This document shows positions 1 through 7,955 of a stretch of 64,000 nt of DNA, one piece after another; the first letter of the stretch is position 1; every line of letters starts with the position of its first letter. The notes beneath the pieces are model-generated. The model saw only the letters and a program-made list of their open reading frames with translations. It had not been told where the DNA came from and did no database searches. Both the position numbers and the translations under genes were made by a program. Source of the stretch: Chloroflexota bacterium (lineage in GTDB: Bacteria; Chloroflexota; Anaerolineae; Anaerolineales; Villigracilaceae); assembly GCA_024224815.1 (NCBI GenBank), contig JAAENC010000726.1, forward strand, positions 3,774-67,773, read 5' to 3'.

Positions 1-3000
1 ATCTCAGATTTATGGATAGTACCGCGCTCAACTGTGATAAGCGCTTGGGTGGGTGCATCAAGCGGATTTGGGATAAATATCTCGGCTGTATCGCCTGGCA
101 GATAAGAATCTTTATCGGTCGTTAGCTGAATATGATTATGCGGGAGGCTAGGCCAGAGGGCTTTTTCTGCGCCGCGTACCCAGAGCATAATTTGGGAGGA
201 AGCATTTTCCCCGCTTACTTCGAGGATATAGGTGCCGGGGGAGGGGGGCGTGAAAGAGAGTCGGGCTGCGCCATCGTTGCCGGTTTCAAAATCTACATCG
301 CTGACGGGGGTGTAAACAGGGGTAAATGTTGGGGATTCGTAGCTATTAACGGGATCATGCCTTTCCCACGTGACCTGTTGAAAATCGGCGTGCAAGCCCT
401 GGGCTGAGCGCGGTGCGGAATCCCAATCTACGGTTAGGATGTCGAATCCCATTTCACTTTCTTCGCGTCCGACCCATGAATCTGATCTTAATCCGATATA
501 AAAATCTTCGGGGTGAATAAGGGTTGTGCTGCGCGTGCTGATCTGTTGATTGCTTTCGTCTTGCGCGGTGATCTCGAGCGTTAGTTCGCGCGTGCCTTCA
601 GAGATGTCGAGGTCATCGAGATCAATGCTCAGGATGCCCTCTGCATTTGTTTTCCCTTCACCATCGGCGAGAAAATCGCCATAATAACCGTAGTTTTCGC
701 CATAGTGCAGCCAGTTGAGATTTAGGTCGCCAACGCGGTAGCCGGGGAGGTAGAAATAGCTATTATCTTCGTAAATATTCCAGCGCACGGGGAGGTCGCT
801 GGCGGGGGCATCGAAATAATATTGGGCAGAAAGTTCTGCGCTGAGCGATGTGCCATTCTTGCTTTCTTCCGGGCTCATCTCGAGGCTGAGATTGATTTCT
901 GGTTTTCTATAATCTGCGACTTCAAAATGAGCCGAAAACTCGAGGTCTTTATTATAGAAAGAGAAATAGCCTGAGGGAGAATCTTCGGGAATGAGAAAAG
1001 AGCCTTGTGCTGCGCCATATTCGGAGAGCGTGGGGTTAATGGTGTGGATATTATCGCCCCAGCTATTAGAAATGGTCAACGGCAGGGAGGTGAGTGTTGC
1101 TGCACCGTAGCGCCCGTCAAATGCTTCGCGCACGATCGCGCGGAAATAGACTGTTTGCCCGGGTCTATAAATTGGGCGATCTGTATAAAGATAAACTTCG
1201 GTGTGTGGCGGGCGGCGATCCATTGAGAGACCAAAACGCCAGGGGGCAATATCTTCGCCCCAAACCGAGGAGCCAAAACCGAAATTTTCTTGGCCAATTT
1301 CTCCTACGATAGCGTAATAATTCTGATAAAAATCATCTTGCGCAGGAATTTCTCCGTACCAGATGCCGCGCGCGTCGGTTGTCCCTGTGGCGATGACCGT
1401 GCCAGTTTCATCATAAATAGAGAGATTTTGCCCTGCAATCGGGGCATTTGTCTCTAAATCGGTTGCCCAAAGCAGGGCGTCTGTTGTGCCAAATTTGAAA
1501 AGTGTATTGATATTGCTGACAACGATATAGTTTGCAGACAAAGCATCTTCTGCGCCACCCTCCGATACGCGAAGAGAGTAAATACCAGGTGTGAGCGCAT
1601 CTGCATTAGGGGCTAAATCGAGGGCAAAACTCTGGCTTTTATTTTTCTCAATATCCAGATCCTGCCGCCAGGTAGATTCCTTCTCTGCCTGATAAGTTTG
1701 GCGTTCATCATAGCCATTTTCGCCAAAAAGACGGAAGAAATCAGCGAGCGCGACTTCGCTCAAAGCCAGATCGGCTCTGGTGACATTCGTTGACTGAATA
1801 TAAAAAGCAGGTTCTTTTGCAGAAGTAAAGTAAAAAGGAGAGCCAATATAGGGTAAAGAAATTTTCGACTCTGGCGCAGGTGTTGAAAAACTGTAATTAA
1901 AAGAATCGCCTAACTCTTGCCCCCAACGATCTTTAAGTGCAGAAGAAACTGTAACTGTATAGCGTGTTTCATAGTCAAAATTTCCGCTGAAGTTAATCGA
2001 ATTATCATAAACGCCCGCGCTAAAATCGGATACTTCAGGCGAGATCGCTATAAAATCATCTATATTATTTCTAGCAACATTGGTCGTAAAATAAATATGC
2101 CCTGAAAAATACGCATTTGTTACGCCGCCATCTTCGGGGTCTGTAGAGAGAATTGCAAAATTGGGCGAAGAGACCATTTCTACATCCCAGCCGCTTTCGA
2201 TCGCTGTTCCGCCTTGCGCCAAAGTGAGTTCGCTCAAAGCGAGCCGATAAGAGCTATTTCGTGCTAATAAACCATCCGCAATAAAAGTTACAGAGCGAAA
2301 ATCCTCTGCCCAATCAAAAGTGCCGGGCAGACCGCCCTCATCGCCGAGAATAGAGAAATTCGATTCCACGCTGGCGGCATCCATTGGTTGGTTAAATGTC
2401 AGAGTCATTTCCAGATCAAGCGGTAAAGGGATTTCTGTTGAAGGGCTAATATTCAATAAACGCGGCAAAGCTGTGCTAAAAGACCAACTCCCCACATCTG
2501 CCAAAACTGTCCCCGCAACGCTCCGCAAATCAGAATTCAAAACCGCCTTATAGGCTTGCCCCCCCGCTAAAGCCGGTTCAGGATAAAAAATATAAGTACT
2601 CGTATTCACCCATTCCCCGCGCCCCTGCGCGGCAGGTTCCAGCGTAAAAGCAGCGGGCAAAGTGGCCGCATCCGCGCCGAGGGGTACGATCGGCTGATCG
2701 AAAGTAACCACCACAGCAGAATCGACGCTTAAGTCAGAACTCCCGTTTTCAGGCAAAAACTGAAGAGGATGGATAGAATCTGCCGCATTAAAAAGAGTCT
2801 GGATAGGCTCAGGAAGCGCAACGCCTTTAGCCGATTTTGCCCCCGTCTCAAACTTGAAATTTAGGCTTGCTCCCCTTTCAAGAGCATCACTGGGGGTAAA
2901 GGTGAGTGTTGCATCATCCACCCAATCAAATTGCCCAGCAACAGCCGGGGAGGGATTCCAAGCAGCCTCCACCGAAGCCCGCTCCATGGGCTGATTAAAA

Positions 3001-3230
3001 TAAAAAGTGATCGGTTCTTGAAGGCCAATACGACTGCCCTCTATCGGCAATGTTTCGACAAGTTTTGGGGGTAAATGTTGCTCAGGGATCGCCGTTGGGG
3101 TCGCTTCAGCTTCTCCTTGCGCCTGTGTTTCAGGCTGAGTTGGCGAAACGATATTCGGCATCGAGCAAGCCGAAAAGATCAACGAAAGAATGACAAAAAT
3201 AAAAAGAACTTTGGGGAATATTTTAGGCAT
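1..3230 (-). CDS. Alpha-2-macroglobulin-family (MG2-domain) large lipoprotein, N-terminal ~1,076 codons; 3' end lies beyond the window edge
   Basis: ATG at 3228-3230 (minus). The frame has no stop down to position 1 (hand-checked at both ends); it is absent from the ORF track because it is incomplete. N-terminus MPKIFPKVLFIFVILSLIFSAC is a signal peptide plus lipobox. Hand translation of 1128-1223 gives MDRRPPHTEVYLYTDRPIYRPGQTVYFRAIVR, the DRPIYRPG-type motif typical of MG2 domains of bacterial alpha-2-macroglobulins. Confidence 0.8.
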   Translation of the reverse strand, partial: MPKIFPKVLFIFVILSLIFSACSMPNIVSPTQPETQAQGEAEATPTAIPEQHLPPKLVETLPIEGSRIGLQEPITFYFNQPMERASVEAAWNPSPAVAGQFDWVDDATLTFTPSDALERGASLNFKFETGAKSAKGVALPEPIQTLFNAADSIHPLQFLPENGSSDLSVDSAVVVTFDQPIVPLGADAATLPAAFTLEPAAQGRGEWVNTSTYIFYPEPALAGGQAYKAVLNSDLRSVAGTVLADVGSWSFSTALPRLLNISPSTEIPLPLDLEMTLTFNQPMDAASVESNFSILGDEGGLPGTFDWAEDFRSVTFIADGLLARNSSYRLALSELTLAQGGTAIESGWDVEMVSSPNFAILSTDPEDGGVTNAYFSGHIYFTTNVARNNIDDFIAISPEVSDFSAGVYDNSINFSGNFDYETRYTVTVSSALKDRWGQELGDSFNYSFSTPAPESKISLPYIGSPFYFTSAKEPAFYIQSTNVTRADLALSEVALADFFRLFGENGYDERQTYQAEKESTWRQDLDIEKNKSQSFALDLAPNADALTPGIYSLRVSEGGAEDALSANYIVVSNINTLFKFGTTDALLWATDLETNAPIAGQNLSIYDETGTVIATGTTDARGIWYGEIPAQDDFYQNYYAIVGEIGQENFGFGSSVWGEDIAPWRFGLSMDRRPPHTEVYLYTDRPIYRPGQTVYFRAIVREAFDGRYGAATLTSLPLTISNSWGDNIHTINPTLSEYGAAQGSFLIPEDSPSGYFSFYNKDLEFSAHFEVADYRKPEINLSLEMSPEESKNGTSLSAELSAQYYFDAPASDLPVRWNIYEDNSYFYLPGYRVGDLNLNWLHYGENYGYYGDFLADGEGKTNAEGILSIDLDDLDISEGTRELTLEITAQDESNQQISTRSTTLIHPEDFYIGLRSDSWVGREESEMGFDILTVDWDSAPRSAQGLHADFQQVTWERHDPVNSYESPTFTPVYTPVSDVDFETGNDGAARLSFTPPSPGTYILEVSGENASSQIMLWVRGAEKALWPSLPHNHIQLTTDKDSYLPGDTAEIFIPNPLDAPTQALITVERGTIHKSE

Positions 3231-3327
3231 GAGAACCTCACCAAGGCAGATATTTAAAGGGTCATGCTCATTATACTCTGTGTCGTTGGGAGAGTTTGTT
3301 TTCTTTGGGGTTTTTGCTTGAACAAAT

Positions 3328-3414
3328 GTGCGTCGCACCTTAAACGTACAGAATATCTCTTCGATGGAAAAAAATCATCAACAGGCATCGTCTCATCGAA
3401 GTTGGTGCGACGCA
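3328..3414. repeat. Palindromic intergenic element, GTGCGTCGCACC...GGTGCGACGCA family (copy 1 of 4)
   Basis: Arm GTGCGTCGCACC at 3328-3339 and its reverse complement at 3404-3414. An inner inverted pair CTTCGATG/CATCGAAG is also present. The same arms recur at 14066, 41806 and 59834. Confidence 0.8.
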
Positions 3415-3431
3415 TATTCTTGATTTAAAGC

Positions 3432-4094
3432 CTACTCAATATCCTCGCTATCCTCTACGACCACACCGAGCAAACTAACTATCTGGATCGCCTGCTCGGA
3501 GGAGATTACTATCCCCTTTACTGCTTTTGCTTCAATTTGCATTCCGTTCAATGTAGAGCCGCGTAAGTCTGCGTCTTTGAATTTTACATTTCGAAAATCA
3601 GCTTGGCTTAAGTCACAATGATCAAAGGTGATATTTTCTAAATCTGCGCCTTCAAAGGTCGCCTTTTGGAGCATAGATTTTTCAAAGCGGATATATTTTG
3701 CATTGGATGAGGCAAAGACCGCCCCTTCGAGATTGCAATCTTTGAAAAGAACATCGTCCATCTCGGCAGAAAGCATTTGAACGCCCAGAAGACGACAGCT
3801 AATAAACTCCACTCGTCGTAAGCGACATTGCTCCAGAAAAGCAACAGAAATATCGCAATTTTCAAAACGCACATCGTGCAGTTGGAATTTTGGTAATCTT
3901 GCACTTGTCAATGTGACGCGCTGAAGAAGACTCTCTTCGATAAGCAGGTTCTTTGCCTTTTGCTCGCTAAGATCGCAAGATACTATTTTGCTTTCAGCGT
4001 ATTCGTCGTAATCTTCAAGAGAAGTAATATTGATGCTTTCCAAAGACACTGGAATCTTAGGGAACTGGATAGTGCATTTTTTAGGTATCTTCAT
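3432..4094 (-). CDS. Pentapeptide-repeat protein
   Basis: 220-aa ORF with tandem A(D/N)LXX-type pentapeptides, e.g. CDLSQADFRNVKFKDADLRGSTLNG and ATFEGADLENITFDHCDL. Confidence 0.8.
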   Translation of the reverse strand: MKIPKKCTIQFPKIPVSLESINITSLEDYDEYAESKIVSCDLSEQKAKNLLIEESLLQRVTLTSARLPKFQLHDVRFENCDISVAFLEQCRLRRVEFISCRLLGVQMLSAEMDDVLFKDCNLEGAVFASSNAKYIRFEKSMLQKATFEGADLENITFDHCDLSQADFRNVKFKDADLRGSTLNGMQIEAKAVKGIVISSEQAIQIVSLLGVVVEDSEDIE

Positions 4095-4143
4095 AATTGA
4101 GTGAATAGGAATATGAAAGCGATGCTGTACTCATAAGGTCAAA

Positions 4144-4671
4144 TTACGGAATTGGTGATGAAAATGCGCTTTGCGTTTTTGCCAATTGTGTCTCAAACCC
4201 ATAGAGCATTGTCCACCAATACATCTCATGCATATGAGGTCCAGTGCAAATACTATCGTTCTTTTGCCAAAATAAGGTATTGTTTTTCCCATGCCAAAAA
4301 ATGACATCATCTTGATGACCACTTTGCCCGGGTAAGCATGTAAAAAAACAATCATCTTCCATTTTTTCATTTTTACCAAAGTAACCTTTTAGTTCTGAAA
4401 CGCTAGGTGGTGGAGTTATGACATCGATAGGTAAATGCTCTACAGATGATAGCACTACATTGCTTAAGTTATAGCCAAAATTTTCAGCATCACAGTTTTC
4501 AAGGAAGTTGTATGAGCGGATAAAAGATATTGTGCTTGTAGGAGCACTGGTTAGCGTTGCTGTGTTTATTTCTGTAGAGATTGTTGTGTATAGAGATGTG
4601 AATCTGTTCTCTGTGCAAGCTAATAAACCAAACAAAGCAAAGAGCACTAATCCAACAATCTTTTTTCTCAT
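4144..4671 (-). CDS. Hypothetical lipoprotein
   Basis: An internal ATG at 4671 gives MRKKIVGLVLFALFGLLAC (signal peptide plus lipobox). The longer track ORF (to 4740) would overlap the upstream gene. No recognisable domain. Confidence 0.55.
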   Translation of the reverse strand: MRKKIVGLVLFALFGLLACTENRFTSLYTTISTEINTATLTSAPTSTISFIRSYNFLENCDAENFGYNLSNVVLSSVEHLPIDVITPPPSVSELKGYFGKNEKMEDDCFFTCLPGQSGHQDDVIFWHGKNNTLFWQKNDSICTGPHMHEMYWWTMLYGFETQLAKTQSAFSSPIP

Positions 4672-4723
4672 ACTAAAATTTTCTCGAACAAAAAACCTAC
4701 TGATGTAAGGAGAGAAATTCTCC

Positions 4724-6127
4724 CTACTCCAACAATCCACGCATAAAATTTAGGAAAATTTGTACATCGTCGAAGTTGCTCGCTATCCCGACCGAAATGC
4801 GGACTGCGCCTGATTCTTGCCCATCGAAACAGATGGCAAAATCGTCGAAGCTGAGGCGTTGTTTATTGCGTGGTTGGGAGAAGCAGGCGACGAGTTCGGT
4901 TTCTTCGAGTTCTAGGGCGATTTCACCTGCACCCGGATTACAAAAACAGCCTGTGCGCAGAGAGATATTCAGTTTATTGGCTTCTTCTTCGATATAGCGG
5001 TGGTCGAAGACGTAACCATCTTTATTATAGAAATTTGCCGCAATGGTACCGCCACGCATTTCGTTTTGGAGATCGCCATAGATTCGGGCGAGGGGTTCGC
5101 CGGTGCTGTGTTTCATTTGTGCGAGATTTTGGATGATCCAGCCTGTTAGGCAAACAACGCGTTCGTGGATGGCATCGTAACCGACTTCGGCGATGTGGCG
5201 CAGGCCGATCTCAAGAGCGGGGATATTTAGATAATCGACTGTGCCGTCTTCGAAGGCGGCGTGTCCTTCTGCCATATAGTGTGTGCTGGCCTGAACGGAG
5301 GCGACGGTGATTGTTCCGCCTGCAAACCAGGGGCGTTGGAGCTTAGATAATGCTTCTCGACGGGCAATTAACGCACCCAAACCGGTTGGGTAACCGAAAA
5401 GTTTATAAAACGAGAGCACGACAAAATCGGGGGCGATTTCGCTTAAATCCAGTTTGTTGGTGGGAACGAAGGCTGCTGCATCGAGCAGAATATCCCAGCC
5501 TTTTGATTTGGCTTCGGCGATCCACTCGAGGGGATGCTGGATGCCGGAAAAATTGGATTGCGCGGGGAAGGAGAAGAGATTTTTCCCTTTTGGGTTGGCT
5601 TTTTCGAGTTCTTCTTGAAGTTGATCTTCGGGCAGACGTAGCTCTGGCAAAGTGACGGGGAGATAGGTGACATCTGCGCCGCGTGAGTGGGCATATTCGC
5701 GGAGACCGTTAACGGAGTTGTGATTGTCGAAGGCGAGCATATAGCGGCTATTTTCGCAAAAGGGATAGGATTCACCGACAAGTTTTAGCGCGCTGCTGGC
5801 GTTGGCGGTGAAAATTACTTCGTATTCGGCGGGGTCGGCGTTGAAGAATTCGAGCACATAGGCGCGGGCAGAATCGACGAGTTTTGTGGCGGCCATAGAA
5901 GTGGGATTTGTGGAATGGGGGTTGCCAAAAACGTTGTTTTGCAGGATTTCCTGATGTTTGGCGATCTGCGATTCGGCGTAGAGGCCGCCGCCGGTGTAAT
6001 CAAGATAAACGTGACCAAGACGATCTAGGCGAGCATAGTCTTTGGCTCGAAGGGCATCGAGTTTTTCGGTATCCTTGTAGCTGGGGTAGGCGGCGATAAA
6101 TTTGGCGAATTCTTTTTCTGTAGACAT
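4724..6127 (-). CDS. Aminotransferase class V-fold PLP enzyme, molybdenum-cofactor-sulfurase (NifS-like) N-terminal type
   Basis: 467 aa. HVYLDYTGGGLY near the N-terminus and SFYKLFGYPTGLGALI (PLP-lysine motif of the MoCo sulfurase/cysteine desulfurase-like family). Confidence 0.65.
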   Translation of the reverse strand: MSTEKEFAKFIAAYPSYKDTEKLDALRAKDYARLDRLGHVYLDYTGGGLYAESQIAKHQEILQNNVFGNPHSTNPTSMAATKLVDSARAYVLEFFNADPAEYEVIFTANASSALKLVGESYPFCENSRYMLAFDNHNSVNGLREYAHSRGADVTYLPVTLPELRLPEDQLQEELEKANPKGKNLFSFPAQSNFSGIQHPLEWIAEAKSKGWDILLDAAAFVPTNKLDLSEIAPDFVVLSFYKLFGYPTGLGALIARREALSKLQRPWFAGGTITVASVQASTHYMAEGHAAFEDGTVDYLNIPALEIGLRHIAEVGYDAIHERVVCLTGWIIQNLAQMKHSTGEPLARIYGDLQNEMRGGTIAANFYNKDGYVFDHRYIEEEANKLNISLRTGCFCNPGAGEIALELEETELVACFSQPRNKQRLSFDDFAICFDGQESGAVRISVGIASNFDDVQIFLNFMRGLLE

Positions 6128-6195
6128 TGTACTCCTTTGGGGAAGGTGAATTTGCGAGGAGGGTGTAAACCCGACGAAGCAATCTTATAGAATAA

Positions 6196-6230
6196 GAGAC
6201 CGCTTCGTCGCAAGCGCATGCTCCTCGCGG
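6196..6230. repeat. Partial copy (right half) of the nested-hairpin repeat family GAGA(C/T)TGC..CGTCGCAAG.GCATGCTCCTCGC
   Basis: gagaccgcttcgtcgcaagcgcatgctcctcgcgg closely matches 25660-25687 and 50056-50088. Confidence 0.6.
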
Positions 6231-6239
6231 AATCATTTT

Positions 6240-7076
6240 TTAGGCAGTGGTTATAAGGATAATCGCAATTAGCGCGAGGAGAATTCCTATCCATTGGGAA
6301 GATTGTAATTTCTCTTTAAGAATCAGCCAAGCGAGAAAAACGGTCACTCCGGGATAAAGGGAAGAGAGTACGGCAGAGATATCCAGACGGCCAACTTGAG
6401 CGGCGAGGATGTAGAATAAATTCCCGCCAACGTCAAAGAAACCGTTGATGGTCAGCAGATGCCAGCTATCTGATTTTATGCGAAAACTGTCTCGCTTAAA
6501 GAGTAAATAGAGGGCAATGCTTAACATGCCCGAAGCGCGTGCGATAATCAAAGGCCCGATGACTAAGTTTTCACTGGCTTCATTGATAAAGACAAAATAA
6601 AGCCCAAAAGCAGTCCCAGCAAGGATTGGTAAATAAAGATGGGAGTTTGTTTTGTTTTTACCTTCATCTTTTTCTCTTGAGATCAAGACCACGGCAATGA
6701 GGGCTAAAGCAAATCCGTATAGCACTCCAGATTGCGGTCTTCCTTCAAGGAAAGTCCCAACGACAACCGGGATAATTGCACCAATGAGCGCAGAAAGGGG
6801 CGCGACAATGCTGATGCGCCCTAATCGCATAGCTTCAAAAAGGGATAGTAAGCCAATGGTGCCAATAATGCCGGCTGCGATACTCCACTTTATCGTGTGA
6901 TTATCAGGAAAAGGCTCTTTCACGAAAGGAATGGCGATAAAGGCAAAAACTAGCCCGATCGCTTCCCCGTACATCACAGCGCGATACGCGCCCATTTTTC
7001 GAGAGGCCAGCCCACCAGAAAAATCTCCTATGCCCCAAGAGAGGGCGGAGGCAAGACCGAAAAGAGCAGCGGTCAT
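6240..7076 (-). CDS. EamA/DMT-family transporter
   Basis: 278 aa, about 10 predicted TM helices, duplicated EamA-like halves. Start overlaps the upstream stop (ATGA at 7073-7076). Confidence 0.7.
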   Translation of the reverse strand: MTAALFGLASALSWGIGDFSGGLASRKMGAYRAVMYGEAIGLVFAFIAIPFVKEPFPDNHTIKWSIAAGIIGTIGLLSLFEAMRLGRISIVAPLSALIGAIIPVVVGTFLEGRPQSGVLYGFALALIAVVLISREKDEGKNKTNSHLYLPILAGTAFGLYFVFINEASENLVIGPLIIARASGMLSIALYLLFKRDSFRIKSDSWHLLTINGFFDVGGNLFYILAAQVGRLDISAVLSSLYPGVTVFLAWLILKEKLQSSQWIGILLALIAIILITTA

Positions 7077-7945
7077 TCTATCTTCCCCGCCGCTTTCGCA
7101 CGCTCAATAACTTGGCGCGCGGATTTAACAAGCGGCATATCAATCATTTTCCCTTCAAAATCAATTGCGCCAGCACCTTCCGCTTCGGCGATCTCAAAAG
7201 CACCGAGCAAGCGTTGGGCATAGTCGATCTCTTCCGCAGAAGGCGAAAATGCCTCTTGCACCGGCATAACCTGATTGGGGTGAATGATCTGCTTTCCGGC
7301 AAATCCCATTTGTGCGCCGAGCATGGCATCAATTTTCAAATTGACGACATCCTTGAAGTTCACAAAAACAACATCGATGGCTTGCAAGTCATTTGCGGCA
7401 GCGTGTAAAACAACCTGACTTCGCGCAAATAGAATTTCCTGCCCGCCGCGCGTACGCGTTGCGCCGATGCTGGCGGCATAATCTTCTGCGCCAAAAATAA
7501 GCCCGTCCAAACGTGGATGAGTGGCGATTTCTTTCAGATTGACCAAACCTTTTGCCGATTCGACTACCGCCAAAATGCGGATACTATTCAAATCCCACCC
7601 TTGGGATAACTCCATCGCTTCAATTTTGTCGCTTAACCATTCGATTTGAGAAAGCGATTCCGCTTTGGGAATCACGACTCCCTCCGGATGGTGTGGCAGG
7701 GTCATTGACAAGTCATCATCTTCCAGCCCCGTAGCAAAACCGTTAATCCGGATCAGTTTTTCAGAGTATCCAAAATCCAATTCCTGCAAAGCTTTGGCGA
7801 TTACTTCACGTGCTTTTCCCTTGCGCTTATAGGCTGTAGCATCTTCCATATCCATGCAGATGCTATCCACCCCGAGAGAAATGGCTTTTTCGATCTTCGG
7901 GCGAGAATCGCCGGGCATATAGAGTAAAGCTCGTCGTATTTTCAT
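7073..7945 (-). CDS. HpcH/HpaI aldolase / citrate lyase beta (CitE)-like CoA-ester lyase
   Basis: 290 aa. MKIRRALLYMPGD...DSICMDMEDA and the C-terminal IHPNQV motif are typical of CitE-like lyases. Confidence 0.65.
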   Translation of the reverse strand: MKIRRALLYMPGDSRPKIEKAISLGVDSICMDMEDATAYKRKGKAREVIAKALQELDFGYSEKLIRINGFATGLEDDDLSMTLPHHPEGVVIPKAESLSQIEWLSDKIEAMELSQGWDLNSIRILAVVESAKGLVNLKEIATHPRLDGLIFGAEDYAASIGATRTRGGQEILFARSQVVLHAAANDLQAIDVVFVNFKDVVNLKIDAMLGAQMGFAGKQIIHPNQVMPVQEAFSPSAEEIDYAQRLLGAFEIAEAEGAGAIDFEGKMIDMPLVKSARQVIERAKAAGKIE

Positions 7946-7955
7946 TGCATTTCCT